From: an uncultured virus (IMG/VR IMGVR_UViG_3300034023_001061)
Lineage: Duplodnaviria > Heunggongvirae > Uroviricota > Caudoviricetes
IMG/VR virus record: IMGVR_UViG_3300034023_001061
Direction: 5' to 3' (one strand)
Length of the DNA stretch: 64,000 nucleotides
Shown: positions 8,677-17,661 of the stretch, piece by piece
Layout of the letters: each line of letters begins with the position of its first letter
Numbering within the stretch: the first letter of the stretch is position 1
Made by a program: the position numbers and the translations under genes
The notes under the pieces: model-generated
Database searches by the model: none
What the model saw: only the letters and a program-made list of their open reading frames with translations
Told to the model about the DNA's origin: nothing

Positions 8677-8951
8677 GCGAGGGCCGCGGTGAGTTCGGCC
8701 TTGATGCCCTTCTCGATCTGATCCTTGAGCGAACTCATCAGCAGGCCCAGTTGAAGGTTCACGCGAACCTGCGTCTGCGAGACCGTGAATGTCCCCTTGA
8801 CCGGCGCGGCGATGGCGTACGTCGTGGCGTTCTGCCACGTACCGTGGATGCCGTACTTCTTCGCGATTGCCGCGTAGGCGACGGTGACGCGGCGCTTCGC
8901 TTCGTCGAGCCCGCGGTTGTGCTCGTGCGTGATGTTGACTTCGACTGCCAT
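8673..8951 (-). CDS. Polyhydroxyalkanoic acid system (PHA_gran_rgn-like) protein
   Basis: ITHEHNRGLDEAKRRV...KYGIHGTW...LGLLMSSLKDQIE. Confidence 0.75.
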   Translation of the reverse strand: MAVEVNITHEHNRGLDEAKRRVTVAYAAIAKKYGIHGTWQNATTYAIAAPVKGTFTVSQTQVRVNLQLGLLMSSLKDQIEKGIKAELTAALA

Positions 8952-8990
8952 GATCGATTTACGCTCCTCGCACGCATTGTATTCACTCTT
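8952..8990 (-). promoter_or_regulatory. ECF-like promoter motif
   Basis: GTGAAT-N17-CGTAAATCGATC-ATG. Confidence 0.6.
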
Positions 8991-9369
8991 GCGCGAACGG
9001 CAACGACGTTTGCACAGTCGAGCCGCCAGCGAGGCTACGCACGATTGCGTCGATGCGTTCGGCCCACGACCGCGGGTATCGGGCGTGGCAGTGGCTCCCG
9101 CGCCCGCTCGACTTCGCCGTGTTCGCCTTCGGTGGGAGCGAGTGGTGCTCGCGCGCCCACTCCGCGCGAACGGCGCTCCCGGCGTTCCACGCCAGCCGCT
9201 TCGTGTGCTCGACGCCGACCGCGTGGATGCGCGCGACGACCGTTGTCGTTTCGGCATCCTCCTGATCGAGCACGTCGAGCATCGGTTGCATCGCCCGCAG
9301 TCGCGCCACCTCCGCCCGCAGCGCATCGTTCTCCGCGCGGAGCATCGCCAGTTCGTCTCTCGTTCGCAT
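8983..9369 (-). CDS. Coiled-coil protein with possible DNA-binding C-terminus
   Basis: LRAENDALRAEVARLR; follows dnaB. Confidence 0.6.
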   Translation of the reverse strand: MRTRDELAMLRAENDALRAEVARLRAMQPMLDVLDQEDAETTTVVARIHAVGVEHTKRLAWNAGSAVRAEWAREHHSLPPKANTAKSSGRGSHCHARYPRSWAERIDAIVRSLAGGSTVQTSLPFAQE

Positions 9370-9372
9370 CGG

Positions 9373-10950
9373 TCACTCCAAGTATTCAGGCAGGTCCAGT
9401 CCCGCCATATCGGTGTACGTGTCCGGCGCGTTGCTGTTCGCAAGATCGTCGGGAAGCGAGTCCGGCAACGCGCCGCTACGGTGATTCAGCGTGTCACGGA
9501 ACAGCCCGCGCGGCTTGTCGAAGAGAATCGTCACGCCGCCCGTCGGCCCGAAACGGTTCTTCGTGACGTTCACTTCCGTCGCGAAGCACCCCATCGGCAC
9601 CTCACCGATATCGCGCGTTTTCTTCTTCTTGAACTTGCTCTTCTCGCCTTCATCCTCGCCGTCGTCGTTGAGCGGCACCAGAAACATCACCGTGTCGCTG
9701 GCGAAGTCGAGGCCCGACCCGCTCGTGCCGTGCGTGCCCGGTTTGCCCGCGGCGGTGTCCTTCTGCGACTCCTTCGTGATCGACGAAACGACCACGAGCG
9801 GCGCGTTGCCGTCCTTCGCGGCCTTCACGAGCAACTTCGCGCGCGCCTGATGCTCCTCGGTCGAGTTCGCCTTCTCGGTGCCGCGCGTGCGGTCGAGTTG
9901 CTGAAAATAGTCGATGCCCGCAAGCGCGCAGACCTTGCCGTTCGCCCGCATCCCGACGAGGTAGGCGTAGATATCGTTCGCCGTGATCGAACCGTTGTTC
10001 GTCTCCGAGTCGATCACGTCGATCGGCAGGTAGGCGATTTCGTTGACCGCCGCGTAGAGTCGATCGGTCTCTTGCTGGTTGACTCTACCCGCGCGCAGTC
10101 GGTTGAAGTCGATGCACGCACGCGCGCAAGCGAGTCGGAGCGAAACGTCGGGGCCGGTCATCTCGGCGGAGAAAATCACCACCCGCGCCGCCTTGTCGGT
10201 GTCGCCACCCGCAGCGGCGATCGCATCCTGCGCGCTCACTACCGCAGCCTGCATCATGAACGTCGTTTTGCCACCGCCCGGTGGCGCCGCGATCGTGAGC
10301 ACGTTGCGGCGGTGGATGCCGTTGAGCATCCCGTCGAAACGTCCGTCGACCGACCCGTCGAGCGCCTCCACCCCGAAGCGCGCCGTGACGATCGCGCCGC
10401 GAGCGCGCGCCTCGTTCGCCTTCTCGATGCTTTCGAGCGCAGCGTCGAGACGGTGAAGCAGCGCCACGTTCTTGTTCGCCTGCACGCCACTCGGGACGGT
10501 GAGCGAGAGCGCGTGCATCTTCGCGAGGCGCTCCGTGGCGGACTCCGGCGCGCGGGCCGTCGCGATGATATCGGAGGCGACCGCGTGAGCCTTGCGCAGT
10601 TGCGCGTACTCGACAACGATCTTGCCGTGCGCCTCGCAGTGCGCAAGCGTAGGGATCACGTCGGTGAGTTCGCCGATGTACTGCGCGCCACCGATCGTGT
10701 TGAGGCGATTCAGCGAACGAAGCGCGGCGCACAACGTGAGAACGTCGACACCGCTGCCCGACTTCTTGACTTCGAGGATCGCCTGCCAAATCAGCGCGTG
10801 GCGCGGGTCGTAAAACGACTCCTCCGTGATGCCCTGCGACTCGAAGCGAGCAAGCGTCCCGTTCGGCATCGAAGTGTCAAGCATCACCTCGCCGAGAACT
10901 GCGCGTTCCGCGTCGGGGTCGTGCATCGGAACTGCATCGAACACGCTCAC
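9373..10950 (-). CDS. dnaB: Replicative DNA helicase
   Basis: AERAVLG, FYDPRHALIW, APPGGGKT, FSAEM, IDYFQ, KNRFGPTG. Confidence 0.92.
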   Translation of the reverse strand: MSVFDAVPMHDPDAERAVLGEVMLDTSMPNGTLARFESQGITEESFYDPRHALIWQAILEVKKSGSGVDVLTLCAALRSLNRLNTIGGAQYIGELTDVIPTLAHCEAHGKIVVEYAQLRKAHAVASDIIATARAPESATERLAKMHALSLTVPSGVQANKNVALLHRLDAALESIEKANEARARGAIVTARFGVEALDGSVDGRFDGMLNGIHRRNVLTIAAPPGGGKTTFMMQAAVVSAQDAIAAAGGDTDKAARVVIFSAEMTGPDVSLRLACARACIDFNRLRAGRVNQQETDRLYAAVNEIAYLPIDVIDSETNNGSITANDIYAYLVGMRANGKVCALAGIDYFQQLDRTRGTEKANSTEEHQARAKLLVKAAKDGNAPLVVVSSITKESQKDTAAGKPGTHGTSGSGLDFASDTVMFLVPLNDDGEDEGEKSKFKKKKTRDIGEVPMGCFATEVNVTKNRFGPTGGVTILFDKPRGLFRDTLNHRSGALPDSLPDDLANSNAPDTYTDMAGLDLPEYLE

Positions 10951-11969
10951 GCCCGCCCCCTGTAGTCGACCGGAGGCAACTCCTCGAACGGTTCGAGCCC
11001 CGCCGTGCGCTGTTCGTTGTTGAGACGCGACCGCACACGTTCGTCGTAGACCGGCTTCTTCTCTTCGTCGATCGTCGCCATGTACCGCTGAATGAAGGCA
11101 TCCCGCGAGAGGTTCGTCGTGACCAGCGTAAGTTTCCCCGCGTTGTAGCGTTTGAGCAGAATCGACCACACGCGGCGCCCCGCCCGATTTGAGACCTCGA
11201 CGCCGCACTCGTCGATCGTGAGCAGTTCGTACGTGAGCAGTTCATCGCGCAGCTTGACGTACTCCCCGTAGTCGCTATCGGGCAACCCGGCGATGTAGTC
11301 CGCCGTGACGAAGCGCGCCGACCCGCGCCACGTTGCGACGGCGTACGTTCCCGCCGTCGTTTTGCCCGCCCCGTTGCTCCCACACAAAATCAGCATCGCC
11401 CCCGTCGAGAGCGGGCCTTGCCGGTGTTCGTTGTACCACTTCATCGCGTTACGAACCGCCTGCATCGCGGGCGTGAGTTTCGCCTTCATCACCGCGAGCA
11501 TCGTCGGGCGGTGCGACGGGCATCCCCTCGCGATGGCGCGGTCGATCAACTCCTCGACGAGACGCGCCTTCTCGCGCTCGCCACGTTCGCGGGCGTCGCG
11601 GTCGGCGAGCGCCTTCGCGGCGGCTTGCTTGCGCTCCCACGCTACGGGGTCTGCGAGGCGCTCCGCTTCGCGACGGAAGTGCTCCTCGACGACGAGCCCG
11701 ATCGTAGGCAGCGTGGGCATTGCAGCGCCTTCTGGCGCGAACGGCGCGAGCTCATCGACGGTGCGGTACGTCCGCGTCCGTTCGAGGCGCGGCGCGGCGA
11801 CCGGGCGTGCGGGCTCCGTCGGCGACCGCGTGGCGAGCGCGTGAAGCGATAGAACGTGGCGGGCGACGACTGGCGACGACGCGACGAGAACGTTCTCCCC
11901 GTCCGCGTCTACGATGCGCGTCGGGTCGGCTTCGTCGAGGCGCCACGGCTCGGAGGGCAGCACGGTCAA
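10947..11969 (-). CDS. DnaC/IstB-like helicase loader ATPase
   Basis: GSNGAGKT, LLTIDECG, TTNL, ERVRSRL; adjacent to dnaB. Confidence 0.85.
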   Translation of the reverse strand: MTVLPSEPWRLDEADPTRIVDADGENVLVASSPVVARHVLSLHALATRSPTEPARPVAAPRLERTRTYRTVDELAPFAPEGAAMPTLPTIGLVVEEHFRREAERLADPVAWERKQAAAKALADRDARERGEREKARLVEELIDRAIARGCPSHRPTMLAVMKAKLTPAMQAVRNAMKWYNEHRQGPLSTGAMLILCGSNGAGKTTAGTYAVATWRGSARFVTADYIAGLPDSDYGEYVKLRDELLTYELLTIDECGVEVSNRAGRRVWSILLKRYNAGKLTLVTTNLSRDAFIQRYMATIDEEKKPVYDERVRSRLNNEQRTAGLEPFEELPPVDYRGRA

Positions 11970-12532
11970 CGCGACCTCGCCCCGTCCTTGTAGCACGCGC
12001 GGCACCGTGCCTCGTACGCGTCGGCGGCGCCGACTTGCACGATCTCGTTGCCCGCTGCGATGCGGTACGATCGCGTCGCAGCACCGCCGCATACGGAGCA
12101 CACCGCGTCGAGTTTCACGAACGTCTCCGCGATGGCGAGGAGTTGCGGGATCGGGTCGAAGGGTTCCCCGCGGTAGTCTTGATCGAGGCCCGCGACGATC
12201 ACCCGCACGCCACGGTCGGCGAGCGACTGCACGAGCGGCACGAGCGCGTGGCCGAAGAACTGCGCCTCGTCGATGCCGACGACTTGCGTATCCTTGAGCA
12301 CCGCGGCGGCGAGACCGTCGCAGTCGGCGACCGCGAGCGCCTCGAACGACTGCGCGCCGTGGCTCGCGAGGTGCGTGGTGTGGTAGCGCCGGTCGATCGA
12401 AGGCTTGAACGCCTGCACGCGACGGCGGGCGATTTGCGCGCGGCGAAGGCGGTGGATCAACGTCTCCGTTTTCGAGGAGAACATCGGCCCGCAGATCACC
12501 TCGACGGAGCCACTTCTGCGAACGTCCGTCAC
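11966..12532 (-). CDS. tdk: Thymidine kinase
   Basis: GPMFSSKT, IDEAQF, AGLDQDYRGEPF, CSVC...YEARCRAC. Confidence 0.95.
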   Translation of the reverse strand: MTDVRRSGSVEVICGPMFSSKTETLIHRLRRAQIARRRVQAFKPSIDRRYHTTHLASHGAQSFEALAVADCDGLAAAVLKDTQVVGIDEAQFFGHALVPLVQSLADRGVRVIVAGLDQDYRGEPFDPIPQLLAIAETFVKLDAVCSVCGGAATRSYRIAAGNEIVQVGAADAYEARCRACYKDGARSR

Positions 12533-13785
12533 TTGAGGGCTCCGAAGAGTGGGCCGAAGTCGCTCGACTTCGCGACGATCGGAGACACTGCGTCCGTGTC
12601 GAAAACTGCCATGCGTCGCTTCTGAATCTCAGGGTACGTCGGGTTGAGTTCGGCCATGATTGCGCGGCGATTGTTCTGGAGAGCGACGAGTGCCGTAGTG
12701 CCAGCGCCGCCGAACGGGTCGAGAATCACGTCGTCACGTTCGGAGCCCGCGAGGATGCAGCGCCGTGCGAGTTCGGGAGGCATCGTGGCGAAGTGCGCTT
12801 CACTGCACGGCTCCGATGCAATATCCCATACATCGCGGGCGTTTCGCTTTCCGTCGGTCACGCGCAGGCGCGGGTTGTTGTTGAATGCGCACCCCTTTGC
12901 GTCTCGCCTTTCTGACTCTGCGTTTGTGGCTTGAACGTTTCTGCCGTTTACCGATTTCGCATCTGACTTTCGCTCGTCCGTCCGACGCGCGCTCGACACG
13001 TTTGTTGAGATCGACTCAGTGCCGGTAACGGCCTTCTCTCTTATCGCCTCGTCGTCGTAGAAGTAGGCGTCTCTCTTCGACATCAGAAACACGAACTCGT
13101 GGGCGCGAGTAGGTCGGTCTGTCACCGATTCTGGCATCGGCGATCTCTTATGCCACACGATATCGCTCCGCAGATACCACCCGTCCGCTTGCAGCGCGAA
13201 CGCAGCGAGCCACGGCACGCCGATAAGATCCTTCGACTTCGGCCCCTCGGGAACCTTCGACGATTGCCCCTGAACGAGCGTTGACCACTTGGTCGGCGAC
13301 ACTTGGTACGATCGGTTCGCCGCGTACGAGTCGCCGAGGTTCAACCACAACGTCCCGTCGTCCGCGAGCACGCGCCATACTTCGCGGAACACCTCCAGAA
13401 GATGCGCGACGAAAACGTACGGCGACTCTTCGTTGCCGAGCGACGACCACGTTCCGTCGGACCACTGCGATTGCGCGCCGACGGTTCCGTCCCACCGCAC
13501 CGAACCGTCCTTCTGGACGTTCTCCGCGGCACCGCCCGACGAGTAGCGGCATCGATCGGACCCGTACCTCGCGTTCCACTCGATCGCCGACTCCACCGAC
13601 CACTGTGTCGCTTCTTCTTGAGTCGAAAACGTCTTGCGCGCCGAGTATTCTCGGAGCCCGAAATACGGAGGCGACGTGACGCAGCACCGCGCGCTGCCGG
13701 TCTTCATCTCGCGCAAGCGATCCATCACGTCGCCGATGGCGCACGCCCACTTGCGTTTCCCGTCGATCACTTCGGCGATGCTCAC
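12529..13785 (-). CDS. N4-cytosine/N6-adenine DNA methyltransferase (beta class)
   Basis: TSPPY...HFATMP...LDPFGGAGTT. Confidence 0.93.
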   Translation of the reverse strand: MSIAEVIDGKRKWACAIGDVMDRLREMKTGSARCCVTSPPYFGLREYSARKTFSTQEEATQWSVESAIEWNARYGSDRCRYSSGGAAENVQKDGSVRWDGTVGAQSQWSDGTWSSLGNEESPYVFVAHLLEVFREVWRVLADDGTLWLNLGDSYAANRSYQVSPTKWSTLVQGQSSKVPEGPKSKDLIGVPWLAAFALQADGWYLRSDIVWHKRSPMPESVTDRPTRAHEFVFLMSKRDAYFYDDEAIREKAVTGTESISTNVSSARRTDERKSDAKSVNGRNVQATNAESERRDAKGCAFNNNPRLRVTDGKRNARDVWDIASEPCSEAHFATMPPELARRCILAGSERDDVILDPFGGAGTTALVALQNNRRAIMAELNPTYPEIQKRRMAVFDTDAVSPIVAKSSDFGPLFGALK

Positions 13786-14072
13786 TCCGGCACCTCGATC
13801 CCCATCAGTCGCGCCGCCTCCATCACGACCGGGATCGCATCGTCGTACGTGAGCGTGTGCCACGGAACCTCACACGCGAGACGCCAGTTGCGAACGTTAC
13901 GCAGCGCGAGAGACCACGCGTCATGATAGCGGCGCTCCTCGCTCGCCATCGCGAGCACGCCCTGCGCGAACGCGACGAACGTCGGCGCGTCGACCGCGTA
14001 CATCGCCGGAACCTGCGCCATCGCTCGCAGGATCTTGCCCGCCCGCACGGCGGCATCGTCGGTGCGCATCAC
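13782..14072 (-). CDS. Hypothetical protein
   Basis: Overlap chain. Confidence 0.55.
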   Translation of the reverse strand: MMRTDDAAVRAGKILRAMAQVPAMYAVDAPTFVAFAQGVLAMASEERRYHDAWSLALRNVRNWRLACEVPWHTLTYDDAIPVVMEAARLMGIEVPE

Positions 14073-14482
14073 CGCGCTCCCGTGGTCACGTACCGATAGA
14101 GCGATTCCATATCGATGCCCTTCATCCACGCGAGCACCACCACGCTCCCGTCAAGTTCATCCGCGGCGAGTTCGCGTTCGTCGGTCGGAACCATCACCAA
14201 AACCTCTACCTTGCCGTGCTTGAACGAGTGCACGCCGTAGCGCGTCGCACGGCGCATCATCGTGTACGCCTCGTCGCTGGTGAGCGGTTGCCCGCCGACG
14301 CCGTTGCGTCCCTCGGCGTTGCACGACGTGAGTCGCGCCACGAACTCGCGCTCCTCGCGTTGCGCGACTTCGCGGGTCTGCGACGCCTCGAACGCGAACC
14401 AGAAGCCATCGTGCGACCACCCTTCAGGCGGCGAGTCGACGGTCTCACGAACGATTGAACAGAGACGATTGCCGGGGGTCAC
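14069..14482 (-). CDS. Hypothetical protein
   Basis: Overlap chain. Confidence 0.6.
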   Translation of the reverse strand: MTPGNRLCSIVRETVDSPPEGWSHDGFWFAFEASQTREVAQREEREFVARLTSCNAEGRNGVGGQPLTSDEAYTMMRRATRYGVHSFKHGKVEVLVMVPTDERELAADELDGSVVVLAWMKGIDMESLYRYVTTGAR

Positions 14483-14763
14483 GACTGCACCTTCTTCTTG
14501 CTCCGCTCGTACGACGCGAGCGCGTGTACGTTATTCACCGAAAGGCCCGTTCGCGCGGCTACCTCTTGCACCGGAACCGACTGCGCCAGCAACGCACGCG
14601 CCGCTGCACGTTGCGACGACTGCGCGGGGCCGCGCGGTCGGATCTTGACACCCGCCGCGATCAACTCCGCACGCACCTTCGTGAGCGAGCGTCGCGCGTT
14701 CGCTTCGATCCACTTGAGACCCTTGCCTCGCTCGTACGCCTCCACGATCTGCGCGGGGTTCAT
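14479..14763 (-). CDS. Tandem HTH protein
   Basis: IVEAYERGKGLKWI; VQEVAARTGLSVNNV. Confidence 0.7.
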   Translation of the reverse strand: MNPAQIVEAYERGKGLKWIEANARRSLTKVRAELIAAGVKIRPRGPAQSSQRAAARALLAQSVPVQEVAARTGLSVNNVHALASYERSKKKVQS

Positions 14764-14785
14764 CGCGGGTTCCGTCGCCCGCTCC

Positions 14786-15196
14786 CTACGCGCCATCGGC
14801 GGCGCGAGCCTTCGCGAGAACCTCACGCCCTGCGTCGGTGATCGTGACCGTCGCGGGCGAGCCCTTGCCCTTCGCCTCGACGAGCGTGATGTACCCGTTC
14901 CTCGCGAGCCACCGCAACGTCTGGCGGTTGAAGTCCTGCTTGTGGTCGTACGATGACGACGTGACGTTCACCGTGCCCGCCGTTTCGAGACGCGTGAGGT
15001 GCTGGCGCTGCGGCTTCGTGAGGATCGCAGGCACGACCTTCTTATTCCACACGCCAGCGTCGGTCGCGACACGCGCCACGGTCTCCGCGCTCACACTGAA
15101 ACGCTTCGCGATCTGGTCCGTCGGCACGCGGTCCTTGACGGCATCGACGATGCGGCGTCGCTCCGCGTCGGTGAGAAGTTCGTACGCACTCTTCAT
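14786..15196 (-). CDS. HTH + winged-helix protein
   Basis: DQIAKRFSVSAETVARV; LARNGYI...ITDAGREVL. Confidence 0.75.
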   Translation of the reverse strand: MKSAYELLTDAERRRIVDAVKDRVPTDQIAKRFSVSAETVARVATDAGVWNKKVVPAILTKPQRQHLTRLETAGTVNVTSSSYDHKQDFNRQTLRWLARNGYITLVEAKGKGSPATVTITDAGREVLAKARAADGA

Positions 15197-15459
15197 GGCG
15201 GTTGTACGCCCGCCGTGAGTCGCGTATTCACGGCGATTTCGTAAGGCGAGAGGATCGTGCACACGGGCCAGCGCGACTTGATCGCGACGGCCATCACCGC
15301 GATGCGAGGATCGGACGCCCCGTACCAGCGCCCCGTGGGGCACTGCGCGCGCCACTCGCCGTGGTCGAGAATCGTGGGCACGTCGTGGTGACCGTCGGGC
15401 GTGACCACGCGCCACGGGGACAACGTGGCGACGCGAGCGATCGTCTCGTCAGGGGTCAT
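15193..15459 (-). CDS. WRV-family paralog
   Basis: WRVVTPDG...RIAVMAVA...WPVCTILSPYE. Confidence 0.6.
   Translation of the reverse strand: MTPDETIARVATLSPWRVVTPDGHHDVPTILDHGEWRAQCPTGRWYGASDPRIAVMAVAIKSRWPVCTILSPYEIAVNTRLTAGVQPP
15197..15240 (-). promoter_or_regulatory. ECF-like promoter motif
   Basis: GTGAAT-N17-CGTACAACCGCC-ATG. Confidence 0.6.
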
Positions 15460-15656
15460 CGCGATCCCTGCGCGTAATCTTCGATCGCGACTTCGAGGAG
15501 CGTCACTTGCTCTTGCAGCGAGGCGCTCACGTTTCTTGCCCAATGGTAGAATCGGAACTGCGCGCCGAACTCCGGCGAGAACCACCACCCCAGCGCACGC
15601 CGCCACAACGGGAACGTTTCGGGTGCCACGAGTTCTGCGGAGCGATAGGGGCTCAT
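15456..15656 (-). CDS. PYR-motif Trp-rich small protein
   Basis: MSPYRSA...LWRRALGWW. Confidence 0.6.
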   Translation of the reverse strand: MSPYRSAELVAPETFPLWRRALGWWFSPEFGAQFRFYHWARNVSASLQEQVTLLEVAIEDYAQGSR

Positions 15657-15928
15657 CGGTAATCCTCCCAACCTTCCCATTGCTGCCGGTAGAGCCAGTT
15701 CCTATCGAGCAACCCGAGTTGCAGTAGCGCATCGACGCGAACCCACTGGTCGTCACCGAAAACGTACGTCTTCTTGATCCACACGCCGCCCGCGAAGCGT
15801 CTGTACCAGCGCAGGTTCTCGCACTCGCGCTTCGTGAGCGCCGCCTCGGCGATCCACGCAAGCGAGCGCATACGAAGCGTCGGGGCGGCGCGCGTCGTCG
15901 GGGCGTGCGCAGTGCGGTACGGGCTCAC
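15653..15928 (-). CDS. PYR-motif Trp-rich small protein
   Basis: MSPYRTA...WYRRFAGGVW. Confidence 0.6.
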   Translation of the reverse strand: MSPYRTAHAPTTRAAPTLRMRSLAWIAEAALTKRECENLRWYRRFAGGVWIKKTYVFGDDQWVRVDALLQLGLLDRNWLYRQQWEGWEDYR

Positions 15929-16233
15929 GGATAAACCTCGCAGTAGCACTTGCGAACGTGGCACATGCCGTCGAGAACGTGCGGGCAATTGCACTTGTGT
16001 TTGTCGCATCCGAGTCCGTTCCAGCCTAGCGCGGGGCAGTGATTCACCCTCCCCCACACCGCCGTGCGGTAGTCTTCGCCGATGCCGAGGGTCCACTGTC
16101 CGCCGATGGCCCGACTTGCCCACGGCCACCGCTGCGCGGCTCCCTCGCGGTCGAAACGGAACCACGCCCGCTGCCACCACGGGATCACCTCCGCCACGTC
16201 CGCAACCGGCACGCACGAGCGGTACGGCGTCAC
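15925..16233 (-). CDS. PYR-motif Trp/Cys-rich small protein
   Basis: MTPYRSC...WASRAIGGQW. Confidence 0.6.
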   Translation of the reverse strand: MTPYRSCVPVADVAEVIPWWQRAWFRFDREGAAQRWPWASRAIGGQWTLGIGEDYRTAVWGRVNHCPALGWNGLGCDKHKCNCPHVLDGMCHVRKCYCEVYP

Positions 16234-16514
16234 GGCCACGCCTCGCACTCGTGGTGACGATTCGTGCACTGGCACAACACGATTGCGTCGGGCAAGGACT
16301 CGTGCTCGCAACGATCCACGCGGTGCCAGCACGGCGGGCCGAAGGGCGAGTTGCCGCGGCACCACCGCCCGCCGACGGCGCGACGATACCAGCGGTACGC
16401 CGCCAAATCCTGCGGCGGCATGAACGGTTCCGCGACGCGGGCTAGCGCGCGGAACCACCACGGGGCACGCGACGGCGGCGTCACGGGAGCGGTGCGGTAG
16501 GGGTGGCTCACCAT
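16230..16514 (-). CDS. PYR-motif Trp/Cys-rich small protein
   Basis: MVSHPYRTA...WYRRAVGGRW. Confidence 0.65.
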   Translation of the reverse strand: MVSHPYRTAPVTPPSRAPWWFRALARVAEPFMPPQDLAAYRWYRRAVGGRWCRGNSPFGPPCWHRVDRCEHESLPDAIVLCQCTNRHHECEAWP

Positions 16515-16574
16515 CGTAGTTCTCCGAGTATTGCCAGCGTGGATGCTCCGCCGTTCACGGCGGAGAGGAATCAC
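16512..16574 (+). mobile_element. 63-bp single-hairpin IS200/IS605-type mini-element
   Basis: TCAC|CATCGTAGTTCTCC...GATG-CTCCGCCG-TTCA-CGGCGGAG-AGGAA-TCAC. Confidence 0.7.
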
Positions 16575-16840
16575 TCCTCGATCAGAACCCGGACCAGCGC
16601 GGCGAGCGCACGCAGCGCCGAGATTTGCGTAGCGCCGAACTCCGCCGCGCTGAGTCGCGGGGCCTCGACGCGGCGAGGGCCGTTCACTTCGGCGCGAGCG
16701 AGGTAAGCGTGGGCCTCCGAACGTGATGCGTTCGGCCCGAACACGCCCACCTCGACGGTGTGCAGCGGGTCGTTCCTGAGCGCCTTCTCGATCGCGAGGC
16801 GCAGCGCTTCGACCGTTGCGTCGTCGTTGTCGTCTGCCAT
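16571..16840 (-). CDS. IExALR-family paralog
   Basis: LRLAIEKALR...GATQISALRALA; promoter motif at 16841-16880. Confidence 0.6.
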   Translation of the reverse strand: MADDNDDATVEALRLAIEKALRNDPLHTVEVGVFGPNASRSEAHAYLARAEVNGPRRVEAPRLSAAEFGATQISALRALAALVRVLIEE

Positions 16841-16872
16841 GATGCCTCCGACGATGTGTGGGGCGCGGTTAT

Positions 16873-17661
16873 TCACACGGCGACGCCGCGGGCCGACAAT
16901 CGCGTGCGGAGCGTACGCAGTGCGCCGGACTCGATCTGCCGCACACGCTCCTTCGTTAGCCCGTACGCATCGCCGCACTCCTCCAGGGTTTGCTCCTCGC
17001 CGACGAAACCGAAGCGCCGGTTGAGCACGTCTCGCTCGCGCGCTGTGAGCGTCGCGACGATCGACCGGGCGAAGGCGTTGTGCTCGCACGTCGCCACGAT
17101 CTGCTCGGGAGTCGGCACCTCGCGATCGTCGGTGTAGTCGCTCGGGATCGACGGCGCCACGTCGGGCCAGAGTTCTTCCGGCGTTGTGCCGAGCGCGGCG
17201 GCGACGTTAAGGGCGATGTTGCGCCACCGACCGTCGCTGCGACGCAACGGGGAGTAGCGCCCGGTTTCCAGCGAGGCGAGGAGCGATTGCGTGCAGCCGT
17301 ACGTCGCGGCGGAGAGTTTCGCGCCCGTGAGGCCAGCGGCGACGCGAGCCGCCGTGAGCGCCGAGCGCGTGGTGTCGACGGCGCGGAGGGCCGCGATTTC
17401 GTGGTTGCGCCGTTGCGTCTCGGACCAACCGAACGTCACGTCGCCGTTCGGAGCGCGCAGCGTTCGGATGGCGTCGAGTGCGTCGCCCGTCACGCCGTAC
17501 GCCGCCGCCATCGAGTCGAGGCGCTTGCGACTCGGGTGCCACGATCCGCATTCGATGTTGTAAACGGCGGACTGCGAGACGCCGAGAAGCGACGACGCGT
17601 TGCGAACGTCGATCCCCGCGGCGATGCGGGCCTTCTTGAGCGCGATGCCGAGGGGTGTCAC
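16873..17661 (-). CDS. XRE-HTH x2 + sigma70 region-4 protein
   Basis: LKKARIAAG..LGVSQSAVYNIE; LTARERDVLNRRFG..TLEECGDAYGLTKERVRQIE. Confidence 0.85.
   Translation of the reverse strand: MTPLGIALKKARIAAGIDVRNASSLLGVSQSAVYNIECGSWHPSRKRLDSMAAAYGVTGDALDAIRTLRAPNGDVTFGWSETQRRNHEIAALRAVDTTRSALTAARVAAGLTGAKLSAATYGCTQSLLASLETGRYSPLRRSDGRWRNIALNVAAALGTTPEELWPDVAPSIPSDYTDDREVPTPEQIVATCEHNAFARSIVATLTARERDVLNRRFGFVGEEQTLEECGDAYGLTKERVRQIESGALRTLRTRLSARGVAV

Noticed and set aside
8884..10965. 693-aa plus-strand ORF
   Set aside because: Antisense shadow of dnaB in high-GC DNA; Arg-rich, no motifs.
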